DNA of 64,000 nt from an uncultured Bacillota bacterium (GCA_963804645.1 CAWDRG010000002.1:158095-222094); one strand, 5' to 3'; positions 52,668-62,854 are shown, numbered from the stretch's first letter. Notes: generated by a model not told the origin, from the sequence alone. A program made the numbers and translations.

Positions 52668-54446
52668 TTATTGAGCTTTACGGGCTACGAACCGGTCCAG
52701 CACCAGTAGATCAATTCCGCTTGAGGCAAACGTCTTCAGCGCGTCCGCGGGGGATGCGATGATCGGCTCGCCTCTGAGGTTGAAAGACGTATTGAGGAGA
52801 ATGGGAACACCGGTGGCCTGGGCGAAGCGCTCAATCAGGCCATAATAGCGCGGGTTACTCTGCCGCCGGACCACCTGCAATCGGCTCGATCCGTCGACGT
52901 GGGTCACGGCCGGAATGACGGCACGCTTGTTTTCTCGTACCTGCGTGACAAGCAGCATGAACTGAGCCGCATAACTCTGGTCCAATCCCTGGTCCTCGAA
53001 AAACTCGCCGACTCGCTCCGCGAGCACCGACGGCGCGAATGGGCGGAACGGTTCGCGAAACTTGATCTTCGTATTGACGATTTCCTTCATATCGGCGCGG
53101 CGCGGGTCAGCCAGGATACTCCGATTTCCCAGAGCCCGCGGTCCCCATTCAAACCTATCCTGGAACCACCCAACCACCTTGCCCAGCTCGAGTGCAGCCA
53201 CTGTCGTGTCTAGAAGGCCGTCATCATCATACTGCTGAAATGACAGCCCGCTCCGCTCGAGGCACTGCCGGATTTCACCCTCCGGGTATCGTGCACCCCA
53301 AAGACAATGCTTCATGACGAAGGTCCGAGGCTTTTGCAGCATGACGTGCCACGCGTATAGCGCCGCGCCGAGAGCCCCGCCCGCGTCGCCGGCCGCGGGT
53401 TGCACGTAGAGCCCCTCAAAAGGTGTCTCGCGAAGAATCCGGCCGTTCATGACGCTATTCAGGGCCACACCTCCTGCCATACAGAGGTTTCGCAGCCCGG
53501 TCCGAGCCTGAAGATTTCGAGCCATTGCCAGCATGATGTCCTCAAGCACAACCTGGATACTGGCCGCGACATCCGCATAGTATTGGCTGCGACGGACGGC
53601 CTCTGCGGAAGGATCGACGCCGGGGTGCGTGAGCGGTGTCACAAACTCGTCGTCCGGGTTCCGAGGGGCCCCGAACAACTGCTCAAAATTTCCATTGAAG
53701 GTTTTCGAGTCCGAATAATGGTAGGAAAAATACTCCATGTTCAGCGTGAACGCCCCATCACGACTCACGTTAACGAGTTTCTGAACGCGGTCAACGTACC
53801 GTGGTTGGCCATACGGTGCCATGCCCATAACCTTGTATTCGCCGTCGTTGACTTCGAAGCCCAAGAAGGCCGTGAAGGCCGAGTACAGCAGTCCTAGCGA
53901 GTGGGGAAAGCGGATCTCGTGATCGAGGACGAGTTCGTTGCGCGATCCGCCCCAGTCGGCTTTGCCTCGTCCGACGGCAACGGTGGTCCATTCCCCCACG
54001 CCGTCGACCGAGATCACCGCCGCGTCGGTAAAAGGAGAGCAAAATAGCGCGCTCGCGGCATGGGATAGATGGTGTTCGACAAACAACACCCGTTCCTTAG
54101 GGACCTGCAGTTTGTCGGAAATGGTGCTCCGGATCCACAGCTTCTCGCTCAACCAACCGATCATGGCCTGTTGGAAGACTTTCCAAGACTGTGGATACGA
54201 AGCGAGTATGCTCAGAAGGATTCGCTCGAACTTAAGCAGCGGCTTCTCATAAAACACAACGTAATCGAGATCCTGGGCGCTGATCGTGGCGCGCCGAAGG
54301 CAGAACTCGACCGCACGCGCCGGGAATACATGATCATGCTTGCGGCGCGAGAATCGTTCCTCCTGAGCGGCCGCAATGAGCTCGCCTTCCCGCAGCAGGG
54401 CCGCTGCTGAGTCGTGATAATAACAGGAGATACCGAGAATGTGCAT
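52668..54446 (-). CDS. O-carbamoyltransferase (NodU/CmcH/TobZ family)
   Basis: YHDSAA, EERFSRRKH, HHLSHA, DGVGE, GEYKVMG, GGVALN, GPRALGNRS, FREPFRPFAP, LNTSFN. Confidence 0.95.
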   Translation of the reverse strand: MHILGISCYYHDSAAALLREGELIAAAQEERFSRRKHDHVFPARAVEFCLRRATISAQDLDYVVFYEKPLLKFERILLSILASYPQSWKVFQQAMIGWLSEKLWIRSTISDKLQVPKERVLFVEHHLSHAASALFCSPFTDAAVISVDGVGEWTTVAVGRGKADWGGSRNELVLDHEIRFPHSLGLLYSAFTAFLGFEVNDGEYKVMGMAPYGQPRYVDRVQKLVNVSRDGAFTLNMEYFSYHYSDSKTFNGNFEQLFGAPRNPDDEFVTPLTHPGVDPSAEAVRRSQYYADVAASIQVVLEDIMLAMARNLQARTGLRNLCMAGGVALNSVMNGRILRETPFEGLYVQPAAGDAGGALGAALYAWHVMLQKPRTFVMKHCLWGARYPEGEIRQCLERSGLSFQQYDDDGLLDTTVAALELGKVVGWFQDRFEWGPRALGNRSILADPRRADMKEIVNTKIKFREPFRPFAPSVLAERVGEFFEDQGLDQSYAAQFMLLVTQVRENKRAVIPAVTHVDGSSRLQVVRRQSNPRYYGLIERFAQATGVPILLNTSFNLRGEPIIASPADALKTFASSGIDLLVLDRFVARKAQ

Positions 54447-54670
54447 CAGTATTGTCTTCGCATCTCGGCGGGGTCGGAACCACGCTTGCCGCGACAGGCC
54501 CACGTAGGGATGCGGCCCGCGGTCTTTACATGCAGTAGGTCCGAAAGCCACCGGGCGCCGAGACCGAATGGTGCAACAAGAGTAAAATAAAATAGTGTAA
54601 GAAAGATCGTAGCCGGAACGTTGCTAAGCTTCCGCGCGATGATGCGCCACTCCGAGGGGCCGCTTTTCAT
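54446..54670 (-). CDS. SxtJ-like small membrane protein
   Basis: LTLFYFTLVAPFGL...D.L...RQY; coupled to the carbamoyltransferase. Confidence 0.65.
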   Translation of the reverse strand: MKSGPSEWRIIARKLSNVPATIFLTLFYFTLVAPFGLGARWLSDLLHVKTAGRIPTWACRGKRGSDPAEMRRQY

Positions 54671-54689
54671 CGCCCGCGCAGTGCCCTAG

Positions 54690-54870
54690 CAGGACGCTGA
54701 AAAATCGGGTATTTGCATGTTCATATAGAATCATACTCTATCGCGTTTGGCCTCACGCGTCCCTCCGTCGGAGATCCCACGATGCGCGGAGACGATTGGC
54801 AGCAGTAGGCGATTATCTCTCTCGAAATTGCACCCACGCTCAACTCTAAGCTTAGTTTTTCCGCGACCTG
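54690..54870. mobile_element. 181-bp MITE (IS5/IS1182-like ends)
   Basis: TIR CAGGACGCTGAAAAA vs CAGGTCGCGGAAAAA (13/15); CTAG on both flanks; no ORF. Confidence 0.8.
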
Positions 54871-54990
54871 CTAGTATTACAAAGTCACATTACCAGCAGG
54901 ACTTTGGCTACGCCTGTGGAATGGCAGTAGCGAGCTCAGCATATATCGCACCTCTCGTCGCAGCAGACGTCGTTGCCGCGGGTGTCGCCG

Positions 54991-56332
54991 ATGGTCACTT
55001 CGCCGCCCTTCACCGATCCCGCTCTGCGCCAGCGTTTCGTCGAGTACGTGACAGCCGTCCTCCCGGACCTGGGCCGCAAGGATCGCCAGCCGTGGGCGGA
55101 GGCCTATGTGCGCGGGTTGCTGCTCGAAGGCGAGCGCAAGTCCATCGAGCCCATGGCCAAGCGGTTGCCCGACGGGAATGTCCAAGCCTTGCAGCATTTT
55201 ATTGGAAAGAGCCCGTGGCCCTATGGCCGGTCCGCCAGCGGGTGGCGGGCGTGCTGTGTCCGGACATGGGCCCGGGGCTGTGGATCGTGGATGAGACCGG
55301 CTTCCCCAAGCAAGGCACGCATTCCGTCGGCGTGGCGCGGCAATACTCGGGGACGTTGGGCAAAGTCGCCAACTGCCAGGTGGCGGTCAGCCTGCATCAC
55401 GCCACCGCGACGGCGAGTCTGCCTGTGGATTGGGCGCTGTTTCTGCCGGAGGAGTGGACGCAGGATCCGGATCGCTGTGCGGCCGCGGGCGTCCCCGGGC
55501 CCGTCCACCACCAGCCCAAGTGGCGCCTGGCCCTCGACCTGATTGATCACGCCCGCACCTGGGGCCTGGCCGATCAACGGGTGATTGCCGACGCTGGCTA
55601 CGGCACGATCGCGGAATTCCGGGCCGGGTTGCGGGCGCGGCGCTTGCCCTATGCCGTGGGCGTCGAATCGGGCACCGGCGTGTGGACGCGCCGACCCCGA
55701 CGGCGCCGACGGCCCAACACCGGGCGCGGACGACCGCCCACGCGCTGGGACTACGGCGGCCAACGGCCGCCGCAGTGTGGGAGACGTGGCCCGCGCGCTG
55801 CCGGCCGCCGCGTACCACACCGTGACGTGGCGCGCAGGGAGCAAAGGGACACTCACGGTCGCGCTTCGCCCGGGTCCGAGTGTGGCCCTCCCACGGGTAC
55901 CACGCGGGCAAGCCGCCGGAGGACGAGCAATGGCTGCTCATTGAATGGCCGGCGGACGCCGCCCAACCGACGAAGTACTGGCTCGCCACCGCCCCACAGC
56001 GCCTCTCGTTGGTTGCAACTGGTCCGCTGGGCCAAGGCGCGCTGGCGGGTCGAGCAAGATTACGCGCAGCTCAAGGATGACCTCGGGCTCGATCACTTCG
56101 AAGGCCGCCGCTGGCTGGGCTGGCACCATCACGTCACCATGACGACGATGGCCTACGGGTTCTTGATCCGCGAGCAACTCCGGCACCGCGTCGGAAGGGG
56201 AAAAAAACGGCGCGCGTCCCCACGATCCCCCAGGTCCGCGCGGAACTCCAGTACCTCCTGAAAACATGGACAGGATACTGCATCGTGTGCGGCCAACTCG
56301 TCCCCGGCGCGATCAAAGATGACTCATCCTAG
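54991..56332 (+). pseudogene. IS701 transposase, frameshifted
   Basis: RKSIEPMA, VDETGFPKQG.HSVGVARQY.G.LGK.ANCQ, ADAGYG, RWRVEQDY, GLDHFEGR.W.GWHHH. Confidence 0.88.
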
Positions 56333-56343
56333 ACATGACATAG

Positions 56344-58201
56344 GTCGAGTAGGACCAGCGATCGCTCGCTGGGACCCCTCTGCCGAACGGCTCGTACGGA
56401 TCTCCCGTAAGCCGCTCTACCCCATGCCGACTCGTGAGTCATCAGGAATATATCCGAAGAGAGTGGAGCCCCAGACGGCGGTAGAAGAATGTTTCAGAGT
56501 ATCGCCGCCAGTTCGCCGTGCGCCAGCGTTTGGCCATGAAGGCCCGCAGCCTCCGAAGGATCCAGCGGTCCAGCGGCCTCCCGATCCGTCGCAAGTCGCC
56601 AATCCGGAAGAATCGTCCCCAACCGCGGAGCACTGGATTTAGCAGCGCCACGATCTCGTCCGCCCGACGCGGTTGGTTACGCCGCGTAAGATGACGGACC
56701 TTGTCCCGGAGCCGCTGTATTGCTCGCGCCCGTGGCTGTAGGTGCAGTCCCTCCTCATCGCGCCAGAAGCGGAATCCAAGGAACTCAAATCCTTCCGTAA
56801 TGTGAACGACCCGCGTCTTCGCAGGATGCAGTCGCAGTCCCAACTGCCCCTCCAGAATCTGGTGGACCTGCTCCAAGGCCGCCTCGGCGTCCTCGCGCGT
56901 TCGGCACACGATGACACTGTCATCAGCATACCGGACCGCGCGATGTCCTGCCGCGAGCATCTGATGATCGAAGGTGTTCAGAAACGCATTACTGAGCAGC
57001 GGCGAAACTACACCCCCTTGCGGGGTGCCCGCTACCAGGGTACGCTTCTTGCCCTCCTCCATCACCCCGGCCTGGAGAAACGCCTGCACGAGCCGGAGAA
57101 TCCGCCCATCCGCCACCACCTCGGCGACTGCGGCCAGCAGCCGCGCATGGGACGCGGTGTCGAAAAACTGTTCAATATCGATTTCGACAATCCACTCGCC
57201 CCCGTGATGCAGGCTCGCCATCACATCGCCAATGGCCTGATGCGCTGACCGTCCTGGACGAAACCCGTAACTGGTCTCCGCAAACCGCGGCTCAAAGTGC
57301 GGTTCCAGCCGCAGACGCATCGCCTGCGCCACTACGCGATCTCGTACAGCAGGGATCGCGAGGCCGCGACGACGTCCATCGGGTTTGGGAATGTAGACGC
57401 GACGCCCGGGCTGGGGCACATAGGCATCGTCCTTGAGGGCCGCCTGGAGTCCTTGCAACTCCTCATCCAAGTGTGCCTCAAATGCCTCAAGGCTCTGACC
57501 ATCCACGCCCCACGTCCCGTGGTTCGCCTTGACCAGCGTCCAGGCCCGCCGCAGATTCGGCAGGTACCAGACCTTGTCGATGAGCGAGCCGACCTTGATC
57601 GGATGCACGTCCTCCGCCACTCCTCCTCCTTCCTGACCAGAGTCCTGTTGGTCGGGGTCTGCACCGGTCGCGGCTCGGGAGCTGCTCATGACAGAGATCC
57701 CTTACCCCGCGCTCGTCAAGCCGATCCCGCCTTCAGGCCACCAAGCATGGAGCGGGTCCCTTCGCTCTGCCAGGTTTCCCTGACCTCATCGCTACGTCTG
57801 GACCCGTCCGACTCCTGAACGTGCATCGGGTTGGCTTTTCCCCTTCCGGGTTATACCGTCCCTACCTGTCCGCGCAGGACCGAACCCTACTCGCGACAGG
57901 ACACGCTCAGGCCTCCCCGGGTCATGCTGCTCTCTGTCCCACCATGCTGCCCGCACCCACGACTGATCCCCCCTGGTCTTCTCTGGATGCCCCTTCCTCC
58001 AGTACTAGCAGAGTCGGGCCTCCAGGGGTTCGCGCCGACCGGTTCGCCTGGCTTCGACAGCCTCGGCTGCGGCCTGGTGGTTTGCCTCAGGTCCTTCAGA
58101 TTCCGCCTCGCGACGGACACCCTACCCTTTTCGGCTACGGTCCGCATCCAGCTGGACCGGCAGGTCTTTCACCTGCGAGAGAACAGCACTGCCGGGCACA
58201 C
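56344..58201 (-). mobile_element. Group II intron (ribozyme + RT ORF)
   Basis: 5' GTGTGCCCGG at 58201; domain V GAGCGGCTTACGGGAGATCCGTACGAGCCGTTC; domain VI ending CCTACTCGAC at 56344. Confidence 0.93.
56442..57620 (-). CDS. ltrA: Group II intron reverse transcriptase/maturase without endonuclease domain
   Basis: RRVYIPKPDG, SYGFRPGRS, GTPQGGVVSPLLSN, RYADD, FEFLGF, domain X LNPVLRGW; GAAGGAGGAGG RBS before GTG 57620. Confidence 0.95.
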   Translation of the reverse strand: MAEDVHPIKVGSLIDKVWYLPNLRRAWTLVKANHGTWGVDGQSLEAFEAHLDEELQGLQAALKDDAYVPQPGRRVYIPKPDGRRRGLAIPAVRDRVVAQAMRLRLEPHFEPRFAETSYGFRPGRSAHQAIGDVMASLHHGGEWIVEIDIEQFFDTASHARLLAAVAEVVADGRILRLVQAFLQAGVMEEGKKRTLVAGTPQGGVVSPLLSNAFLNTFDHQMLAAGHRAVRYADDSVIVCRTREDAEAALEQVHQILEGQLGLRLHPAKTRVVHITEGFEFLGFRFWRDEEGLHLQPRARAIQRLRDKVRHLTRRNQPRRADEIVALLNPVLRGWGRFFRIGDLRRIGRPLDRWILRRLRAFMAKRWRTANWRRYSETFFYRRLGLHSLRIYS

Positions 58202-58210
58202 TAATACTAG

Positions 58211-58311
58211 TGTCCCGAGTCGAAAGTTGCTTCCATAATTCTGAGCTCCGAGGTGCTGACAATCTTGACGAATCTCACCGGACTATGTTAGCGAATCTCT
58301 GACTCAGGACA
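58211..58311. mobile_element. 101-bp MITE
   Basis: TIR TGTCCCGAGTC vs TGTCCTGAGTC (10/11); CTAG on both flanks. Confidence 0.75.
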
Positions 58312-58869
58312 CTAGGCTCCCTCACATCACGTGCCGACTTTTCGTGGATGCAACAGCGGCCACACCGCACCCCCGATTGTTCTGAACCGGTCGTGAGAAA
58401 CCTTTCCGGGCCCTCGCGCCTTGAGCGAACACCTAGCACAGATCGACCGCTTCCGCTACCGAACCACAACCCGTCGGATGGAATGAACTCTCGGGTCTAA
58501 CGCTCTACCAAAACGAAACAAGTCTCTATTGTCACAAGGACAGCGTTGTCTCGTAGTCGAACGCTAGGTTGGCGACGAGCTAGAAAACGAACGGCTATGT
58601 GAGGCGTTCGGCTACGTTGAAGCCTGGCTCCCTGCTCTTCGCGGGGGCTATGCCTTCACCCCCACCTTACCAGGACCTGAAAGCGCCCAGTCCCGAAATA
58701 TCCGGACGGACGCGTGGTTTAACCGGACTCGCGATGGTGGATTGCTTGTCACACCTGGTGAGTCGCGAGATGTCTAGTTTCAACTGTGGAACATATACAA
58801 GGCGTGTTGGGTACACACTGAAGATGCGTCGAAACGTCAAAACGCAAATTCCGGTTCACGGAGAGAACG

Positions 58870-59616
58870 ATGAAAGACTTTATGAGAGATGAACTTGGAA
58901 CCCGTAAGGTAGTCGATCGGAGCACCTTCCAGGCGGAACTGGACGCATTGCGGGTTCGAGAAAAGGCTCACACAAGAGAAGGCGACGCCATTGCAGCCGC
59001 CCGCCGACGGCTCCCCATGGTCGAGGTGGATGCTGCGACACCGCTCATTGGCGAACATGGGGCGGTAACACTGTTGGATGTGTTTGAGGGACGCCGGATG
59101 CTTATCGCGTACTATTTCATGTGGCACACCGGCCGCCCTGCGCCGGAGCAGTGCGAGGGATGCACCTTCTATACATCGCAGGTCCGCGAGCTGTCCTTCA
59201 TTCATTCTCGCGACGTCACTTACGCCACGTTCTGCCAAGGCCCGTACGAAGAGAGCGCCCGGTACCGCGACTTTATGGGCTGGGAGATGCCTTGGTACTC
59301 GGCCCAAGACTCGGTCAACACTCTCTTGGTTGGACGCGAGGTGGGCCTGTTTCACCTCGTTTGCTACCTGCGACAAGGATCCAATGTCTTCGAGACTTAC
59401 TGGACGACGAGGCGCGGCGTCGAGGCGATGGATAACAGCTATGGGTTGCTCGACTTGACCGTCTACGGGCGCCAGGAGAGGTGGGAGGAGTCGCCGACCG
59501 GCTGGCCACAGCGGCCGAAAGGCGAGCACCATTACCGTACTGATGGACGCCCCATTGCCCAGTGGTCCCGCCTGAAGGCCGGGTATTCGGACGACCTGGG
59601 AACCGACAGGCGCTGA
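58870..59616 (+). CDS. DUF899 (thioredoxin-like) family protein
   Basis: REKAHTR.GDAIAAARRRLPMV, FEGRRML, CEGC, LLDLTVYGRQE.WE.SP.GWPQ. Confidence 0.9.
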   Translation: MKDFMRDELGTRKVVDRSTFQAELDALRVREKAHTREGDAIAAARRRLPMVEVDAATPLIGEHGAVTLLDVFEGRRMLIAYYFMWHTGRPAPEQCEGCTFYTSQVRELSFIHSRDVTYATFCQGPYEESARYRDFMGWEMPWYSAQDSVNTLLVGREVGLFHLVCYLRQGSNVFETYWTTRRGVEAMDNSYGLLDLTVYGRQERWEESPTGWPQRPKGEHHYRTDGRPIAQWSRLKAGYSDDLGTDRR

Positions 59617-59816
59617 ACCGCGCCTACAATTTCCTCGACCTTTCGCCGAACGACGCGACGAAGCCGGTGGACGATACGGAGTTATAGGGGTGTGTGAAGC
59701 CGACCTTGGAAACGTGTTGGCTGCCTGACGTGAGGCCGGCGAAACGTGAGACTAGCGGGGATTAGCAACTCGCCGCTTCCCGACGAGCAGCACCACCCGA
59801 AGACGTTTGCTGTACT

Positions 59817-59866
59817 TGGTCGGGCCGGCCGAATTTGAACTCGCGACCACCTGAACCCCATTCAGG
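59817..59866 (-). repeat. tRNA-Pro(GGG) 3' fragment, att-like site 1
   Basis: Minus strand CCTGAATGGGGTTCAGGTGGTCGCGAGTTCAAATTCGGCCGGCCCGACCA: anticodon arm, T arm and CCA, no D arm or 5' acceptor strand. Confidence 0.85.
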
Positions 59867-59941
59867 TTCCCACTGTGCCTTAGCCTACCCTCACTCCGCG
59901 CATGCAAACTTTCGCCGTTGAGCGAGTCCTACGGGCTTGAC

Positions 59942-61230
59942 GGTAGTGTACGGTGTTGTGTGTAAAAGCAGGGACCCCAAGAGAGAGGGCGTACCCCCGA
60001 CCTGACCAACCGAAAGGAGGGATACGCCCGATGGCCAGTGTAGCCGCACTGACCGATCTCACCGTAGCCGATTTGTGGAGGGAGGTCAAGGATGAAGCGA
60101 CCCTGTGGGGCGACGTGTCTCGGGAGACGCTCCGCACGGTCAAGCTCTTGTTGGAGAACCGGATGCACGATGAGTTGATCAACCATCTGAATGCTGGCCG
60201 GTATACTCGGAATCCGGACCGGCAGGGGTATCGGAATGGCGTCTACCGCCGCCGCTTGGTGACGACGTGGGGCACCATTCCCGATCTCCATATCCCCCGG
60301 GCCCGCCAGAGCGGGTTCCAGCCCTCGGTGCTCGGCCGCTACCAGCGCCGCACCAGCGACGTCAACACGCTCGTCCGCGCCGTCTTCCTCGGCGGCCTCT
60401 CGACCCGCCAGGTCGGGCCCGTCCTCGCCAAGCTGCTCGACGACGTGGTGAGTCCCACGACCGTCTCGACGATCACCCGGGCCTTAGATCAGGCCGCGGC
60501 GGCCTTCCACCACCGCCCTGGGGCGATGAGTACCAATATCTCTTCCTCGATGCCGTCAGTCTCCGGGTGAAGGGGCTCGCGGGGAGCAAGCGCCGCTTGC
60601 TTCTCGTGGCCTACGGCATTCGGCCCACCGGGAGCGGGACCTGATTGATTTCCGGCTGGCCCGCTACGAGACCCAAGCCACCTGGGAAGCCTTTCTCACG
60701 ACACTGGCCTGCCGCGGGTTGGTGGGGAAACAGTTGCAGCTGATTACGACGGACGGCCATCGGGGCCTCCATGCCGCCCTCGATTTGGTCTATTCGGACG
60801 TCCCGCGCCAAGCGTGCTGGGTCCATGTCCTCCGCAACGTCGCGAATCGGCTGCGCGCCAAGGACCGCGAGGCGTGTCTGCGGATGGCGCGCCGGATCTA
60901 TCAGGCGCCGACCGCCCACGCCGCGAGCCGCCTCCTGCGGCAGTGGGTCCAGGCCTGGCAGGCCACGGCCCCGGCGGCAGTCGCCTGTCTCACGCGCGAG
61001 GAAGATGCCCTGCTCAGCTCATGCGTCGCCGAGGCGGACTGGCGCCGGGTGCGCACCACGAACGCGATTGAACGGGTGTTTCGCGAAGTCCGCCGCCGCA
61101 CGCGCCCCATGACGTGCTTCACGAACGTGGCCAGCTGTGATCGCATTATCTATGCAATCGTGTATGCTCTGAACGTCCGGCAGGCGAGGCGCTCTCTCTC
61201 AAGGGAATCTACACATAACCTGACACTACC
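59942..61230 (+). mobile_element. IS256-family element with frameshifted transposase (about 60031-61223)
   Basis: Ends GGTAGTGT / ACACTACC; 9-bp TSD GGGCTTGAC at 59933-59941 and 61231-61239. Confidence 0.92.
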
Positions 61231-61234
61231 GGGC

Positions 61235-61264
61235 TTGACTCGGCGACGTGATTCTGGCTATCAT
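61235..61264 (+). promoter_or_regulatory. Putative sigma70 promoter of the toxin-antitoxin operon
   Basis: TTGACT-N18-TATCAT just upstream of relE ATG 61274. Confidence 0.5.
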
Positions 61265-61318
61265 TTGGCTATAATGTTATACCGCATCCTCCTCGCTCCG
61301 GAGGCTGTTGAGGACTTA

Positions 61319-62606
61319 GGCGCCGTAAATAAATAAAGGTATCATAATCGTCTTGTCGTATACTGCACCGTGTGAGCGCTTTGTCCGAGTTGAGGCGGAA
61401 GTTCCGTGCGGTATGGCCGCACTTGGACGAACGCACGCGCCGCCTCACGGTCGCCAATGAAGCCTTGAGTTTGGGGTACGGCGGCGTCTCGCTGGCACAT
61501 CGGGCGAGTGGTTTGTCGCGCAAGGCCATCGCGAAGGGGATGCGGGAAATCCAATCGCGGAGCGGACCGGGGCCCGGGCGCATTCGGCGTCCCGGTGCCG
61601 GCCGGAAGGCCATCACCGTGGCCGATCCGCGCCTCGTACCGGCCTTGGAGGCGATGATTGAGGGGCAAACGCGAGGCGATCCAGAGTCGCCCCTGCGCTG
61701 GATCTGCCAGAGTACGCGGGCCATTGCCCAAGCACTGGGCCGGCACCACCACTTGGTGAGCCATATGAAGGTCGCGCAGCTGCTGCACGAGCTGGACTAT
61801 AGCCTGCAGGGAACGCGCAAGACCGAGGAGGGCACGGACCATCCCGACCGCGATGCGCAGTTTCGGTTCATCAACGCCGCGGTGAAGAAGTCCTTGGCGC
61901 ACGGCTGGCCCGTGATTTCCGTGGACACCAAGAAGAAAGAACTGCTCGGCCGCTACCACAATGCCGGTCAGCGCTGGCGGCCCGCCAAGCAGCCCATTCA
62001 CGTGCAGACCCACGACTTTCCCGGGCCCGCCGTGCCGCGCGCGTATCCCTACGGGATTTACGACATCGGCCGCAACGCCGGGTTCGTCAACGTGGGCACC
62101 GATCATGACACCGGCGCGTTTGCCGTGGCGTCCATTCGGGGGTGGTGGCGCGCGGAAGGACGCCGCCTCTATCCGACGGCCACGCGGATTCTGATCACCG
62201 CCGACGCCGGCGGCAGCAATGGGGCGCGGTTACGTCTGTGGAAGGTGGAGTTGCAGAAATTGGCCGATGCCACCCAACTGTACATCTCGGTCTGCCATTT
62301 TCCGCCCGGCACCAGCAAATGGAACAAGATCGAACACCGGCTGTTTTCGTTCATCTCGTCCAATTGGCGCGGTGAGCCCTTGCGGGATTACGAGACGATC
62401 GTCAATCTTATCGCGAAGACGACCACGGCGAAAGGGTTGCGGGTCACGTGCCGCCTGGATCGTCGGAAGTATCCCTCTGGGCGCACGGTGAGCGACGAAG
62501 AGATGAAACACGTCAACGTGACCTACGACACGTTCCATGGCGACTGGAATTACATGATTCGCCCGAGGGCATCACGATCATGATACCTTTATTTATTTAC
62601 GGCTCC
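61319..62606 (+). mobile_element. ISAzo13-family element
   Basis: 27-bp TIR GG(C/A)GCCGTAAATAAATAAAGGTATCAT with one mismatch; TTA TSD at 61316-61318 and 62607-62609. Confidence 0.93.
61372..62583 (+). CDS. ISAzo13 (Rhodopirellula-type) transposase, intact
   Basis: LDERTRRL, GDPESPLRW, HPDRDAQF, ISVDTKKKE, ADAGGSN, PPGTSKWNKIEHRLF. Confidence 0.95.
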   Translation: MSALSELRRKFRAVWPHLDERTRRLTVANEALSLGYGGVSLAHRASGLSRKAIAKGMREIQSRSGPGPGRIRRPGAGRKAITVADPRLVPALEAMIEGQTRGDPESPLRWICQSTRAIAQALGRHHHLVSHMKVAQLLHELDYSLQGTRKTEEGTDHPDRDAQFRFINAAVKKSLAHGWPVISVDTKKKELLGRYHNAGQRWRPAKQPIHVQTHDFPGPAVPRAYPYGIYDIGRNAGFVNVGTDHDTGAFAVASIRGWWRAEGRRLYPTATRILITADAGGSNGARLRLWKVELQKLADATQLYISVCHFPPGTSKWNKIEHRLFSFISSNWRGEPLRDYETIVNLIAKTTTAKGLRVTCRLDRRKYPSGRTVSDEEMKHVNVTYDTFHGDWNYMIRPRASRS

Positions 62607-62854
62607 TTACCGCATTTCAATTCGAAAGAGCGAGCGGAGATCAAGGATGGTATCGCCCGCCACCTTCGTCACGAACCGGCTAAGGTGAGCAGAACTCGGA
62701 TCAAGCGATTGCGGAGCACCCGACAGCCTCAGTTTCGGTTGAGAATCGGCGACGTGCGCATCTTCTACGATATCGAAGGTGAAAACGTCCATATCCTGGC
62801 GATCGTCCCCAAACGCGGCGCGGAGGATTGGCTGAGAAAGGCGGGCAAAGCACT

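Larger units (their letters stand above)
54875..58206 (+). mobile_element. IS701-family element; right TIR interrupted by a group II intron
   Basis: Left end CTAG|TATTACAAAGTCA; right end reconstituted after intron removal reads CTAG|TATTACTATGTCA. Confidence 0.88.

Noticed and set aside
52668..54670. Saxitoxin biosynthesis cluster
   Set aside because: Only generic carbamoyltransferase and SxtJ-like genes; no sxtA, sxtG or other core genes in the window
56442..57689. RT as a retron, DGR or CRISPR-associated RT
   Set aside because: It has maturase domain X and is enclosed by a GUGYG 5' end and domains V-VI; no template/variable repeat pair, msr-msd or cas genes seen
58316..58860. Gene or ncRNA in the intergenic stretch before DUF899
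   Set aside because: Only short ORFs without recognisable motifs, and no structure I can support
59817..59900. Complete tRNA-Pro gene (also at 63104)
   Set aside because: No D arm or 5' acceptor strand upstream of the anticodon arm in either copy
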